Below, piece after piece: positions 38,857 through 49,815 of a stretch of DNA of 64,000 bases; position 1 is the first letter of the stretch; the number at the start of each line of letters is the position of its first letter. Origin of the DNA: an uncultured Poribacteria bacterium (lineage in GTDB: Bacteria > Poribacteria > WGA-4E > WGA-3G); the NCBI GenBank assembly GCA_951813565.1, contig OX638351.1, forward strand, positions 256,001 through 320,000. Direction: 5' to 3'. A program made the translations under genes and the position numbers. Under the pieces are notes generated by a model. It searched no databases, had not been told where the DNA came from, and saw only the letters and a list, made by a program, of their open reading frames with translations.

Positions 38857-39594
38857 TTAGGAAAATGTCTCCACAAAATTAGTGCAAATTTCAGCCACTT
38901 TTGCTGGACATTCGTGCGGCAAATAGTGCCCCGCATTAGGCACCCATATCAACTGAATATTTGGATTAGTTGGAATTCTCAACTTCTGCTCAGTTGATTC
39001 ATTTTTACCCATACCACCAAATACCTCATAGATAGGAATGCATGTTTTTTCAAGGTAACTGTAAGCATCATAATTTTTGACAGATGTCCAAAAACTTCCC
39101 CAGACATTTGGTGTAAAACGGTTTCGCGTCTTTTCAGCTTTCCGTTGAATGTTTTTAATCTCTGTATCGGACAATGAACCGTAAAACCTTCCTGTGTCAA
39201 AAGCACTTCCTGCAGATGAGAGACTCGTCCACCCCTCAAGTAAAACGAGTCCTGCGATACAAGATGAACGCTTTGCAGCTTCCATTGCAACCATGCCACC
39301 AAGACTATGCCCAACAAGAATCAATTTTTGAATTCCAATTGAATTTACAAGGTGTAGGACATCATCAGCAAGGTTAGCTAATGTAAACAGTTGGGTGGGT
39401 ACACTACTCTGTCCATGTCCACGGAAATCAAGTGTTATATGACGTTGCTGGTGGGGTAATTGTTCAATAACCGATTTCCAATCCGATGAATTACATCCTG
39501 TTCCATGCAAGAAAAGCAGGGGATTACCTGAAACGCCAGTATCCAAGTAAGCCATCTTTCCCCAATATGCAATGCGTGTTGTTACGCTTGCCAT
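38857..39594 (-). CDS. Alpha/beta hydrolase
   Basis: LFLHG, DFRGHGQS, GHSLGG, AGHY. Confidence 0.92.
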   Translation of the reverse strand: MASVTTRIAYWGKMAYLDTGVSGNPLLFLHGTGCNSSDWKSVIEQLPHQQRHITLDFRGHGQSSVPTQLFTLANLADDVLHLVNSIGIQKLILVGHSLGGMVAMEAAKRSSCIAGLVLLEGWTSLSSAGSAFDTGRFYGSLSDTEIKNIQRKAEKTRNRFTPNVWGSFWTSVKNYDAYSYLEKTCIPIYEVFGGMGKNESTEQKLRIPTNPNIQLIWVPNAGHYLPHECPAKVAEICTNFVETFS

Positions 39595-39605
39595 AACGGT
39601 ATTAT

Positions 39606-40808
39606 TTAGTGCAAAAATTGCGCATCTACGGTCTCGCCTGCATGTAAAGTCACGCCAGATGGAATGGTTATCAATCCGTTTGCTAACACAAGAGAATGGA
39701 GGATACCAGAGCCTTGCGGTCCCGTTGTTTTAGCAGTGTATTGCCCATTCTCTTCTGTAAGAATCGCACGCATATAATTTACGCGTCCATCTTTGTTCGT
39801 AATGTCTGCTGCTAAGGTAGCTTTGAAAGTAGGACGTAGTAGATCGGTGTGACCTGCCATTTTCAGAAGGGCAGGACGTACGAAAAGTTCAAAGACAACG
39901 AGTGAAGACACAGGATTACCCGGTAATCCAAAAATCGGTTTTCCATCTATAATACCGTAAGCCTGTGGTTTGCCCGGTTTCATTGCAACACGCCAAAAAT
40001 TCATCTTACCCAATTTCATCAGGACGTTTTTTACTATATCATGCTCTCCCACCGAAACACCGCCACTTGTAATCAAAGCATCTGCTTGCGAAAGAGATTC
40101 ACGGAAGATACGCTCTGTTTCTGATTCATCATCGGGCGCAATACCCATATCAATTGGGATGCCGCCAGCATTCTGAACTTGTGCGGACATACCGTATCGA
40201 TTGCTATCCCGAATTTTGCCGGGCATCAACGGTTCACCGAGTGGCGTAAGTTCATCACCTGTGGAGACAACGGCTACCATCGGTTTTCGATGCGCCCTCA
40301 CTTCTGCACAATTAAGTGAAGCAAGCATGGAAACTTCAGGTGGACGAAGCACTTTTCCGGGAGACATTACACAGTCTCCCTGTTTCACACTTTCACCAGC
40401 GAAGCGAACATTTTCGTTTTTCTCAACGTTTTCAAAGATTTTGACCTTATCCCCAATAAGTTCAGTTACCTCTTGCATCACCACAGCATCTGCTCCATCA
40501 GGCATCATTGCACCGGTCATAATTCGCGCAGCTTGTCCACTTGAAACATGTTTTTCTGGGGCATACCCTGCAGCGATAGTTTCAACAACTGAAAGCACAG
40601 CAGGATTCTTTTTAGATGCGTCCTTTACGTCTGTTGAACGGACAGCAAAACCATCCATCGCAGAATTGTCAAACGGTGGAATATTTTCAGTGGCATGTAG
40701 TGCTTCGGCGAGAACATAACCCGCACAAGCGAGAATCTCCCGCTTTTCTGCTGGCAAAACAGGGATAGTGTCTAACATTTGTTGACGTGCTTCTTCAACA
40801 CTTAGCAT
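39606..40808 (-). CDS. moeA: Molybdopterin molybdotransferase
   Basis: PPFDNSAMDGFA, IMTGA, STGDEL, TSGGVSVG, KPGKP, LPGNPVS. Confidence 0.96.
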   Translation of the reverse strand: MLSVEEARQQMLDTIPVLPAEKREILACAGYVLAEALHATENIPPFDNSAMDGFAVRSTDVKDASKKNPAVLSVVETIAAGYAPEKHVSSGQAARIMTGAMMPDGADAVVMQEVTELIGDKVKIFENVEKNENVRFAGESVKQGDCVMSPGKVLRPPEVSMLASLNCAEVRAHRKPMVAVVSTGDELTPLGEPLMPGKIRDSNRYGMSAQVQNAGGIPIDMGIAPDDESETERIFRESLSQADALITSGGVSVGEHDIVKNVLMKLGKMNFWRVAMKPGKPQAYGIIDGKPIFGLPGNPVSSLVVFELFVRPALLKMAGHTDLLRPTFKATLAADITNKDGRVNYMRAILTEENGQYTAKTTGPQGSGILHSLVLANGLITIPSGVTLHAGETVDAQFLH

Positions 40809-40869
40809 TTAATTCGCTCCAGTCGAGTTTTATTTGATACATTCACAAGTAATTTAACTGATCCTCTCT

Positions 40870-41364
40870 TTATTTCGCATGTCCTATGAGGAGCACCGCA
40901 GCAGGCAAAGAAGTTTCCGCAGACTTACGATAAGCCCATTCAATACTAAATAGATCGTCATCAGATTCTAAAAAATAATACGGTAAATTCCATGCTTTGA
41001 GCGTCGGTTCGAGAAAGGCAGCTACAGAATCAACCCATTTTCCATCAGCATCACGATTATGATACCCACGATAGCCGATGAGGACGACAACAGGCACTTG
41101 CATATTTATAACAGTGCCACGGATTGCATCACCAGATTCTAAGAAGCCTGTATTTTGTATGATAATAACAGGTTTTTTGCCACCCACATACAATCCTGCT
41201 GCGATAGCGAATGCCTCTCCTTCGCGGGTTACCGTAATAACCTCAATTTCCTGATCTGCCCGTAATAGTTCGTAAATTCGCGCACTGCCGTTGTCTGGTA
41301 CGCCAACGGCATGGGTGATATTATGTTTTTTCAACGCATCTACAATTTTTTGTGCTGATGCCAC
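40870..41364 (-). CDS. Sulfopyruvate/phosphonopyruvate decarboxylase alpha-subunit-like (TPP enzyme PYR domain)
   Basis: GVPD, VTREGEAFAIAAG, IIQNTG, LIGYRG. Confidence 0.8.
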   Translation of the reverse strand: MASAQKIVDALKKHNITHAVGVPDNGSARIYELLRADQEIEVITVTREGEAFAIAAGLYVGGKKPVIIIQNTGFLESGDAIRGTVINMQVPVVVLIGYRGYHNRDADGKWVDSVAAFLEPTLKAWNLPYYFLESDDDLFSIEWAYRKSAETSLPAAVLLIGHAK

Positions 41365-41625
41365 AAGTGTTCCTCACTCATGCAATTGGGCAGGCACACG
41401 TACCTGCCCTTATGAAATTAACTCACATTTATAGCAGATTTTACAATTAATGATACACTGTTGTTTGGTGCTTTTACAAGCGTTCCACAGTTTTAACCAT
41501 AAAGTCGCGAGCTGGAGCTCGCTCCTACAGGAAGAGACGTAAAAAATTACGCAACTACAAACGCTTCAACTTAAAAGAAAATGTCTACTTATTTTCCTAA
41601 TTCACTATAAACAATACATTCAACT

Positions 41626-43569
41626 TTACTGTCTGCCTTCCACCAACGCGTCAACCACTGTCGGATCAGCAAGGGTAGAGGTATCACCGAGATTAGAAAT
41701 ATCACCTTCTGCTATTTTACGGAGAATACGTCGCATAATTTTACCCGAACGGGTCTTTGGTAATGCAGGCGTAAACTGAATCTTATCTGGTGTAGCAATG
41801 GGACCAATATGTTGCCGCACTGCCTGTTTGATGCCTGTTGCCACTTCATCTGATGCAGATTCACCCGTCATAAGCGTGACATACGCATAGATACCTTGTC
41901 CCTTGATGTCATGCGGGTATCCGACAACAGCAGCTTCTGCAACAGCATCATGTTGCCCGATAGCACCTTCAACCTCAGCTGTGCCTAACCTGTGTCCAGA
42001 AACATTCAGCACATCGTCTACACGACCAGTAATCCAGTAATAACCATCTTCATCACGCAACGCACCATCGCCTGTCATGTAATAGCCAGGGAACCTACTA
42101 AAATAGACATCAATAAAACGTTCGTGGTCCCCATATACTGTACGCATGATGCCGGGCCAAGCCGTTTTAATACAGAGATAACCGGTCGCAGGATTGCCTT
42201 CCACTTCATTTTCTTCTTCATCTAAGATCACAGGTTCTATGCCGAAAAATGGGAACGTTGCAGAACCGGGTTTCAGCGGAGTCGCCGCGGGTAAGGGTGT
42301 AATCAGAATTCCACCCGTTTCTGTCTGCCACCATGTATCAACTATCGGACACCGTTTATCACCAACAATATTATAATACCACAACCACTCGGGTTCTTTA
42401 ATCGGTTCACCGACTGTGCCAAGCAATCGGAGCGTAGACCTATCGTATTTTTCTACCCATGAATCTCCCTCTTTCATCAAGGCGCGCAGGGCTGTGGGGG
42501 CAGTGTAGAAAAGATTAATTTTATGTTTCTGGACGACTTGCCAAAATCTTCCAAAATCAGGGTAATTCGGGACACCTTCAAACATGACGCTAATTGCACG
42601 ATTAGCCAGCGGACCGTAGATAATGTAAGAATGTCCGGTAATCCAGCCTATATCTGCTGTGCACCAATATACATCACCTTCATGGTAGTCAAAAACCTGC
42701 TGATGCGAATATGAGGTATACACCAGATAGCCGCCTGTGGTATGCAAAACACCTTTCGGTTTTCCTGTTGACCCAGATGTATAAAGAATAAAAAGCGGGT
42801 CTTCAGCATTCATCACTTCAGGTTCACATTCGGCATCTGCTGTTTCCATTGCTTCGTGCCACCAAACATCGCGCGATGCGTCAAAATCAACCGCATCCCC
42901 TGTACGTTTCACGACAACAACTTTTTCAATAGACGGGCAATTTGCAACTGCGGCATCGGCGTTTGCCTTCATCGGGATGTCGCTTCGAGCACCGCGCAAT
43001 GCTGTATCCTGCGTAATCAAAAGTTTACAAGCAGAATCGTTAATGCGATCTCTCAGTGATTCTGCTGAAAACGCACCAAAAACGATGGAATGAACCGCAC
43101 CAATCCTTGCACATGCCAACATCGCAATAGCCAACTCTGGCACCATTTGCAAGTAGATACAGACACGATCACCTTTTTCAACACCTTGTGATTTCAACAC
43201 ATTGGCAAACTTTTTGACCTCTGCAAGCAATTCACTAAAACTAAATGTCTTATCTTCGGAAGGGTCATTTCCTTCCCAAATAATAGCTGTCTCATCCCCG
43301 TGTCCTGCTTCCACGTGCCGATCAACACAGTTATAGCAAGCATTCAACGTGCCGCCTTCAAACCATTTTATCTGTGCTTTAACAAAGTCGTAATCTCGAA
43401 CGGTATCCCATTTTTGATACCACGTCAACCGCTCAGCAATTGTTGCCCAAAAACCTTCCGGGTCTTGAATTGATTCAGCATATTGTGCCTGATACGCTTC
43501 CAAACTGTTGACGTGAGCGTCACTGATTGGATAGGCAGTCTCCATCGGTGGAAAAATATTGTTAGCCAT
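41626..43569 (-). CDS. acs: Acetate-CoA ligase (acetyl-CoA synthetase)
   Basis: [47 protein letters not shown]. Confidence 0.97.
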   Translation of the reverse strand: MANNIFPPMETAYPISDAHVNSLEAYQAQYAESIQDPEGFWATIAERLTWYQKWDTVRDYDFVKAQIKWFEGGTLNACYNCVDRHVEAGHGDETAIIWEGNDPSEDKTFSFSELLAEVKKFANVLKSQGVEKGDRVCIYLQMVPELAIAMLACARIGAVHSIVFGAFSAESLRDRINDSACKLLITQDTALRGARSDIPMKANADAAVANCPSIEKVVVVKRTGDAVDFDASRDVWWHEAMETADAECEPEVMNAEDPLFILYTSGSTGKPKGVLHTTGGYLVYTSYSHQQVFDYHEGDVYWCTADIGWITGHSYIIYGPLANRAISVMFEGVPNYPDFGRFWQVVQKHKINLFYTAPTALRALMKEGDSWVEKYDRSTLRLLGTVGEPIKEPEWLWYYNIVGDKRCPIVDTWWQTETGGILITPLPAATPLKPGSATFPFFGIEPVILDEEENEVEGNPATGYLCIKTAWPGIMRTVYGDHERFIDVYFSRFPGYYMTGDGALRDEDGYYWITGRVDDVLNVSGHRLGTAEVEGAIGQHDAVAEAAVVGYPHDIKGQGIYAYVTLMTGESASDEVATGIKQAVRQHIGPIATPDKIQFTPALPKTRSGKIMRRILRKIAEGDISNLGDTSTLADPTVVDALVEGRQ

Positions 43570-43719
43570 TTTATATTTTCATCTCCTCTAAAAATCAATC
43601 TACAGTTCTCAACACGCCTTTACAAGTTGTATAGGACATATTTTATTGGAAAACGGTAATCATGTCAACTGCAATTTGAGGATATTTTTATGAGAACGTG
43701 AGCTTGGTCAAAGATAGGC

Positions 43720-43853
43720 GGGTGTGTAAAATTCTTGACACGCAATTATGTGAAGTCCTCCCTTATAGCATAAACTGTTAGTTTGTGCCTCGTCCTTTCA
43801 CAAACCTAAAAGGTCTCCTTCTGAAAACTCGCTGCGAAAATATTTACACACCC
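43720..43853. mobile_element. MITE with gggtgtgtaaa ends (IS256-like, tentative)
   Basis: gggtgtgtaaa / tttacacaccc; the same end occurs at 4635; a degenerate IS982 end lies at ~43696. Confidence 0.6.
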
Positions 43854-44008
43854 AAAGTGCCATTTTATGTCTTATCAATCTGGATTGGCATTTGCTTTAC
43901 CGGATATGATATAATTGCACTGAGAGTGAAACTTGTCGAATCATTTGTGATTTCTCATAAATTTTCATTCAACTAACATTGGGACGGATTGAAATAGGGA
44001 GGTAAGCA

Positions 44009-46366
44009 ATGGATTTTGAAGTAGCAACAGAAATCCTCAAATCTGGAGTCGTAACAGACATCTTTAAAAAGGTCTGTGAGTTAACTGGGGAGGAATATAA
44101 CAAGTTAGAGGTGAAAATCGCCAATGCTTGTCACCAGTACGATAAAAATTACAGAGGTCGTCACGGCCAACTCAAAGTCTTCTGTGTCGGAATGCGGCAA
44201 CCTATACCGCTTGATGATGTTTATGTTGGGGTTCAGTTTTTAGATGAGCACAATGCATCACGGTATAAGTCACGCGAAGCGGTTGAAAAAGCGTTCCGAG
44301 AAAGGAGTGGGTGGGATTTCGATTTAATTTTGTATGAACGCAAGGATGGCACACAAGTTGCCAATGACAAACAGTATCTGATGGTGCTCGGGGGTCCTGG
44401 TGTTGGAAAATCAACTTTTCTCCGAAAAGTCGGACTTGAAGCCTTAAAAGGAAAGGATGGGAACTTTGCACACGAATGCATCCCGGTCTTCCTTGAACTA
44501 AAGAGATTCACAGAAGGGCAAATCGATATTGAAGTCCTGATTACCCAGGAGTTTGAGACATGTGGTTACCCTTATCCGGAGCAGATGACAAACGCTGCGT
44601 TGAAATCCGGTAAACTCTTAATACTCTTTGATGGGCTTGACGAGGTGCCAACGGCGAATGTTGACAATGTTATTCGTAAAATTGGAGATTTCGTCGATCA
44701 GTATAGCCAAAACCGCTTTATTGCTTCATGCCGTACAGCAGTATATAGAGGAGGGTTCACAAGGTTTACAGAGGTAGAGATGGCAGACTTTGATGATTCA
44801 CAGATTGAGTCGTATATCAAAAATTGGTTTGATTCAACGCCTCACCAATATCGGTATCAACTTGACAAGGAAATGAAAACTGCTGAACAGTGCTGGATGG
44901 CATTGAACACAATAGGACATCACGCAACAAAAGAGTTGGCACGTAATCCGTTATTGCTCACGCTACTGTGCATGGTTTACGACAACTCACAAAACTTCCC
45001 GCAAAATCGGGCGGATCTCTATGAAAAGGCACTCAGCATATTTCTCGAGGAATGGGCGGCTGAAAAGCGAATCCGTCGAGAAGAGTCAATCAGTCAGTAT
45101 CTGGACATTGCGGATGAGAAGCGGATGCTCTCTGAAATTGCGGCGAAGAATTTTGAGGAAAACCGTCTTTTTTTTAGTGAAGACGAAATCCTTGCACAGA
45201 TTCGAGAATTCGGTAAAGGGAATGCCAATACACCCCCAACGTTTAATGCTCCCAAAATTTTAGAAACAATCCTTATAGATCAGGGGCTTTTCGTTGAACA
45301 AGTTAGAGGTTCCTACTCCTTCTCTCATCTAACGTTTCAGGAGTATTTAACGGCGAATTATTTTGTGAGGGATACACAATCTATTAGACGATTGGTAAAG
45401 AAGCATTTACATAATGAACAGTGGAGAGAAGTCTTTTTACTGACATCCGGACTGATGCACACAGCGGACGATTTGCTTGAAGCAATGAAAGCGGAAGCCG
45501 CTAAGTTGATTAATACCGATGGACTCAGAGCCCTCTTCCAATGGACAGAACGGATTACAGACACCTCAAATGATCAGTACAACGGAATTGCTAAACGATC
45601 ATTTGCCCTGTACCAATATTTTTCTCTGTATGTGCTCAATAAAATTTGTAAGATAGTTGAGAATTTCGTTGAGCTTAAGCGATACCAAGAGTTCGACCGA
45701 GACCTCTACCAAGAGTTCGACCGAGACCTCTACCGAGACCTCTACCAAGAGCTCTACCAAGAGCTCTACCGAGACCTCTACCCAGAGATCGATCGAGAGC
45801 TCTACCGAGACCTCTACCTCGACCTCTACCCAGAGCTCGACCGAGACCTCTACCGAGAGCTCTACCGATACCTCTACCGATACCTCGTCCGATACGTCCA
45901 CCGAGACCTCTTCTACCGAGACCTCTACCGAGAGCTCTACCGATACCTCTACCAAGATCCTTACCGATATATGGATGCTAATTTCTATCCACTTGTGCCC
46001 GATGAGCTCCGGGATCGATTTGATAAGGAATTGCAGGAACGCATAGCACTTGTTGAACGTATAGAACAGATGAAAATCTTCAAAGGTGTGGATTTACAGC
46101 AAATGGGCACGCGGTTCAATGAACAGCGGAAATTTATCCAGGCGGCAGCGGCGAGAAAAGATGTTGAACCCCCGGCGAAGTCTATTCACGATACCTGGCT
46201 CTCTGTTTTAGATATCACTGACGAGATGCTCCATATTTCACCCGAAGAATTAGATGCCTATCTTCAGTATCTTCGCGCAGTAGATCTCATCGTTGCGTGT
46301 AAAAAAGCAGCTGGACGTGTTTCGCCTAAAGTATGGCAGAAAATTGAGGAGAAGCTGCTGACTTAA
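44009..46366 (+). CDS. NACHT-domain NTPase (bacterial NLR-like)
   Basis: Walker A GGPGVGKST, Walker B ILFDGLDEV, SCR, NPLLLTL, SFSHLTFQEYLTA, WREVFLL. Confidence 0.93.
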   Translation: MDFEVATEILKSGVVTDIFKKVCELTGEEYNKLEVKIANACHQYDKNYRGRHGQLKVFCVGMRQPIPLDDVYVGVQFLDEHNASRYKSREAVEKAFRERSGWDFDLILYERKDGTQVANDKQYLMVLGGPGVGKSTFLRKVGLEALKGKDGNFAHECIPVFLELKRFTEGQIDIEVLITQEFETCGYPYPEQMTNAALKSGKLLILFDGLDEVPTANVDNVIRKIGDFVDQYSQNRFIASCRTAVYRGGFTRFTEVEMADFDDSQIESYIKNWFDSTPHQYRYQLDKEMKTAEQCWMALNTIGHHATKELARNPLLLTLLCMVYDNSQNFPQNRADLYEKALSIFLEEWAAEKRIRREESISQYLDIADEKRMLSEIAAKNFEENRLFFSEDEILAQIREFGKGNANTPPTFNAPKILETILIDQGLFVEQVRGSYSFSHLTFQEYLTANYFVRDTQSIRRLVKKHLHNEQWREVFLLTSGLMHTADDLLEAMKAEAAKLINTDGLRALFQWTERITDTSNDQYNGIAKRSFALYQYFSLYVLNKICKIVENFVELKRYQEFDRDLYQEFDRDLYRDLYQELYQELYRDLYPEIDRELYRDLYLDLYPELDRDLYRELYRYLYRYLVRYVHRDLFYRDLYRELYRYLYQDPYRYMDANFYPLVPDELRDRFDKELQERIALVERIEQMKIFKGVDLQQMGTRFNEQRKFIQAAAARKDVEPPAKSIHDTWLSVLDITDEMLHISPEELDAYLQYLRAVDLIVACKKAAGRVSPKVWQKIEEKLLT
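45683..45970 (+). repeat. Coding minisatellite, ~24 degenerate 12-nt units (TAC CGA GAC CTC)
   Basis: Encodes YQEF-DRDL-YRDL-YQEL-YPEL-YRYL tetrads. Confidence 0.92.
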
Positions 46367-46457
46367 AGTACAGAAGAACACGTGAAGTTCTTATATCCGA
46401 TATACCAAGGGTCTATGAAACAGATTCCAACCAATCAATAGCAGTTTTTCGTTCTTT

Positions 46458-47377
46458 TCAATGGCGATTTCGACGGACAGAAACACTCTCTGTGCCGACG
46501 TTCTCTTTTTTCAAAGCAGTTAACGAATCCTGCGCGAAACCTAACCAATACATCTCCAATTGGTGGGTTCTCGGATAGTCAACAGCATTCACATACGGCG
46601 GAGAGGTTACCGCGAGATGAAAATAATCTTGCTCATACGTGATATTCCTTGCATCCATATTCTCTGGAAAATGAACAGTAATGTCGGATGGATAATTTTC
46701 GGAAAACGCAACCATTTTTGGCACTTTGGTGAGAACTGTTTTTGCGAATCGGTTCAAAGCATCGGAGGGTTTTACTAATTTGTTCAATTTCTTTCAAATT
46801 ACTGTCCGGGTACAATTGTCATCGGCATTAGAAACAGAACGAATAATAGATGAAAGACAAACTTTGAAAAAGTCTTTGATCTTACCGTTAGCATCAAGTT
46901 GTTGAATATGTTTTCTTAAATAGGTTAATTCATAAAGAATTTCTATGTTAAACCAGTTGTCTCTATAAGGGAAATTGGGCAAGTCAGATTCGGTAACCTG
47001 TGAGGAATCGTAATTAAGGATAGCCTCCAAAAACGACTTTTGCGCGGACTTGAGTTCTGTTTCTGGCAAAGGGGTAACTTTTACTTTTGAAATGAAGCGG
47101 GAAAATGGGTCAACATCAATTCCAACAGAGTTTCGCTTTGAAAGGAGTGCCTCAACATTTGTTGTGCCGCTTCCAGCAAATGGATCTAGGATTTGGTCGT
47201 GTTCTTGAGAATATCTTTTGATGAGCCAACGTGGTAATTCGGGGAAAAACTCTGGTCGTGGCTGATAAACAGAAATCTGTCGCCATCCTTTGCATGCAAA
47301 TCAAACGGAATATCACCATCTACTTGAACGATACTTTCACCAAAGTCATTGATGATTTGTGTAACGTTATCCTTCAT
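46458..47377 (-). pseudogene. Amino-DNA methyltransferase (SPPY type, probably N4-cytosine) pseudogene
   Basis: Fragments in different frames: FFPELPRWLI, ILDPFAGSGTT, GIDVDP, VTSPPY; breaks near 47255 and 46795; 3' end missing. Confidence 0.85.
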
Positions 47378-47472
47378 TATTCTTCAACCTGTCCACTTTA
47401 TCATATATTTCAAATTATAACACAATTACTACACCAATGCAATAACTCATCGAAAGTACTACGAGATTAAAT

Positions 47473-47501
47473 TTGACTTTTTTGGTAGGGTATATTATAA
47501 T
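47473..47501 (+). promoter_or_regulatory. Sigma70 promoter of the cys operon
   Basis: TTGACT-17 nt-TATAAT. Confidence 0.75.
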
Positions 47502-47506
47502 ATAAT

Positions 47507-47532
47507 ATAGTCACCTAAATTGGTTAGGATTT
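47507..47532. promoter_or_regulatory. Candidate Rrf2 operator
   Basis: atagtcacctaaattggttaggattt containing dyad cctaa-n5-ttagg just downstream of the -10 box. Confidence 0.45.
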
Positions 47533-47551
47533 AATAGGGGGAGGAACACAG

Positions 47552-47989
47552 ATGCAATTATCCGCCAAATTAAAATATGTAGTTTGTGCTATGTTGGAAC
47601 TCGGTCTGCAGTATCGTAAAGAGTTCGTTTCGGTCACGGTGTTGGCTGAAAAACGCCGTATTCCAGGTCCGTTTTTGGAAAAACTTCTTTTACAACTCAA
47701 AGGTGCTGGGTTAACTACAAGCCGCCGTGGTCCTGACGGTGGGTATAGTTTAGCGCTACCTCCAGATAAAATACGGATAGGTGATATCTTTGCTGCTGTA
47801 GAGGGTCCCGTTGATTTCACAAAAGGTTTTGAAACACAACAATCGTCTGAAATTGGGACTTTTTTCGCTGAAATTGAGGAAGAGGTCCGCGATGTATTAA
47901 ACACAAAAACCCTACATGAACTCTGTTGTCACGCGCGTAAATTTAAACAGTTGTCGCAACCGACACATTCACATCTGTTCTTTATATGA
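47552..47989 (+). CDS. Rrf2 family regulator (CymR-like)
   Basis: FLEKLLLQLKGAGL, SRRGPDGGYSL, AVEGP; lacks the IscR Cys triad; overlaps cysK start. Confidence 0.92.
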   Translation: MQLSAKLKYVVCAMLELGLQYRKEFVSVTVLAEKRRIPGPFLEKLLLQLKGAGLTTSRRGPDGGYSLALPPDKIRIGDIFAAVEGPVDFTKGFETQQSSEIGTFFAEIEEEVRDVLNTKTLHELCCHARKFKQLSQPTHSHLFFI

Positions 47990-48936
47990 GAATCGCTACA
48001 AACCTGACAAAACTTATCGGGAATACGCCGATGGTTCGCCTGAATGCGTTGCCAGAGAAAGAGGATGCCACTATCTTTGCAAAGTTAGAATCCTACAACC
48101 CCGGTGGTAGCATTAAGGACCGTATTAGTTATGCAATGGTCATTGACGCTGAGGAACGTGGCATCCTAAAACCGGGTGATACTATTGTTGAACCAACAGC
48201 TGGCAACACAGGCATCGGTCTTTCTATTGTTGGGGTAGCACGTGGTTATCAAGTAATTTTGACAATGCCAGAGAACGTTAGTAGCGAAAAATATGCGCTC
48301 CTGTCTGCGTTTGGTGCTAATATTGTGCTTACACCGGAACATGGTGGTATGGCAAGTGCAATCTGGGAAGCCGAGGAAATCCTTCGACGAAATTCACGAC
48401 ACTATATGCCGAACCAGTTTACGAATCCCGCGAACCCACGGATCCATCGTGAGACGACTGCTGTTGAAATTTTGGATTCTGTAGGAAGTAATATTGATTT
48501 TGTTGTTGTTGGGGTAGGAACAGGAGGAACGTTAACAGGTATTGGCGAAGTCCTTAAAGCACAAAATCCGAAGACAAAAGTCGTTGCTGTAGAACCTTTG
48601 GTGTCATCTGTACTTTCAGGAGGAATGCCTGGACCGACACGGATTGATGGGCTTGGCGCAGGTATGGTGCCTGAGGTCTTAAATGTAGACATCGTTGATG
48701 ATGTCATTGCGGTTTCTGAAGAAGTAGCGTATCAAACCATGAAAGATATTTCAAGAAAAGAAGGTTTGTTGGTGGGTATGTCGTCTGGCGCAAATGTACA
48801 TGCAGCATTGCAGGTAGCTAAAGCACAGGGACCTGATAAAACTGTCGTCACCATTCTCCCAGATACGGGTGAACGTTACTTCAGTTTAAGCCGCTATTTT
48901 GAACTTGAAACCGATATAATGGAGACACTACCATAA
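47986..48936 (+). CDS. cysK: Cysteine synthase
   Basis: IGNTP, NPGGSIKDR, EPTAGNTG, GVGTGGT, PDTGERY. Confidence 0.93.
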   Translation: MRIATNLTKLIGNTPMVRLNALPEKEDATIFAKLESYNPGGSIKDRISYAMVIDAEERGILKPGDTIVEPTAGNTGIGLSIVGVARGYQVILTMPENVSSEKYALLSAFGANIVLTPEHGGMASAIWEAEEILRRNSRHYMPNQFTNPANPRIHRETTAVEILDSVGSNIDFVVVGVGTGGTLTGIGEVLKAQNPKTKVVAVEPLVSSVLSGGMPGPTRIDGLGAGMVPEVLNVDIVDDVIAVSEEVAYQTMKDISRKEGLLVGMSSGANVHAALQVAKAQGPDKTVVTILPDTGERYFSLSRYFELETDIMETLP

Positions 48937-48962
48937 AAGGAGTCTAAACAGGAAAAAACGGA

Positions 48963-49721
48963 ATGGCATTTCAAATTGAAACTGCTTCAGTGATGAAATT
49001 GAAACAGCAAATTAGCTTAAAAGAGGACCCGCAAGAAATCCTTTTCTGCCTCTTTAAGCAGTTTAATGATCGCGCAGCTATTGTGACAAGTGGTCAGTTG
49101 TCGGGCATGGTTCAGATACATCTCGCCGCTGAAAGTAAATTACCTTTTAGGGTGTGTACGATAGACACACATCGTCTCTTTCCTGAAACCTATGCCTTCT
49201 TTGATCAAGTTGAAGAACGTTACGGTATTGAGATTGAACGCATCCAACCAGACACTACTGAAGTAGAAAAAATGGTTGACGAACATGGTGAATACCTCTT
49301 TTTTGACAGCAAGGCAAAACAGAAGTATTGCTGTGACATTAGAAAAATTAGGCCGATGCAACGACTTTTAGAGACGTTAGATGTTTGGATTACTGGAACA
49401 CGGAGAGATCAATCCGAAACCCGTCAAAATTTTCAGAAGACAGAAATCATTTCATCTAATACGCATCCTATCCTTAAAGTAAGTCCACTGATACATTGGA
49501 CAACTGAAGATGTGTGGAATTTTGTGCGTGAAAATGATGTACCTGTGAATCCACTCTTTAAACCGGATGCTAATGGGCACTATTATGATTCACTCGGATG
49601 TATGATCTGTTCGACGCGAATCCGACCGGGTGAATCTAAACGTGCAGGTCGATGGCGTTGGCAAAACGCAACAGACACTGAGGAAAACGACAAAGAGTGT
49701 GGGTTACACTACGCTATTTAA
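48963..49721 (+). CDS. cysH: APS/PAPS reductase (Fe-S APS-reductase type)
   Basis: IDT, CCDIRK plus SLGCMIC (CC...CxxC), WITG, RAGRW, KECGLH. Confidence 0.93.
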   Translation: MAFQIETASVMKLKQQISLKEDPQEILFCLFKQFNDRAAIVTSGQLSGMVQIHLAAESKLPFRVCTIDTHRLFPETYAFFDQVEERYGIEIERIQPDTTEVEKMVDEHGEYLFFDSKAKQKYCCDIRKIRPMQRLLETLDVWITGTRRDQSETRQNFQKTEIISSNTHPILKVSPLIHWTTEDVWNFVRENDVPVNPLFKPDANGHYYDSLGCMICSTRIRPGESKRAGRWRWQNATDTEENDKECGLHYAI

Positions 49722-49815
49722 CACTAAACAAAACGGTGGATTTCTTAACCACCATTACACTATATTTCCACAAGCAGCACGACGTCAGAACTCTGACCCG
49801 ATAAAGGAGAAAAAA

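Noticed and set aside
38535..38997. ORFs with PNTPN repeats
   Set aside because: Translations of the palindromic micro-insertion overlapping real gene ends.
45683..45970. DGR variable region or CRISPR
   Set aside because: No template repeat, reverse transcriptase or spacers; variation is not adenine-specific.
45599..46046. Ser/Thr-rich (+) and Val/Glu-rich (-) ORFs overlapping NACHT
   Set aside because: Open only because the 12-nt repeat lacks stops in those frames.
49630..49815. Long N-terminal extension of the sulfur carrier
   Set aside because: Overlaps cysH; strong SD and ATG at 49816 give a typical 95-aa carrier.
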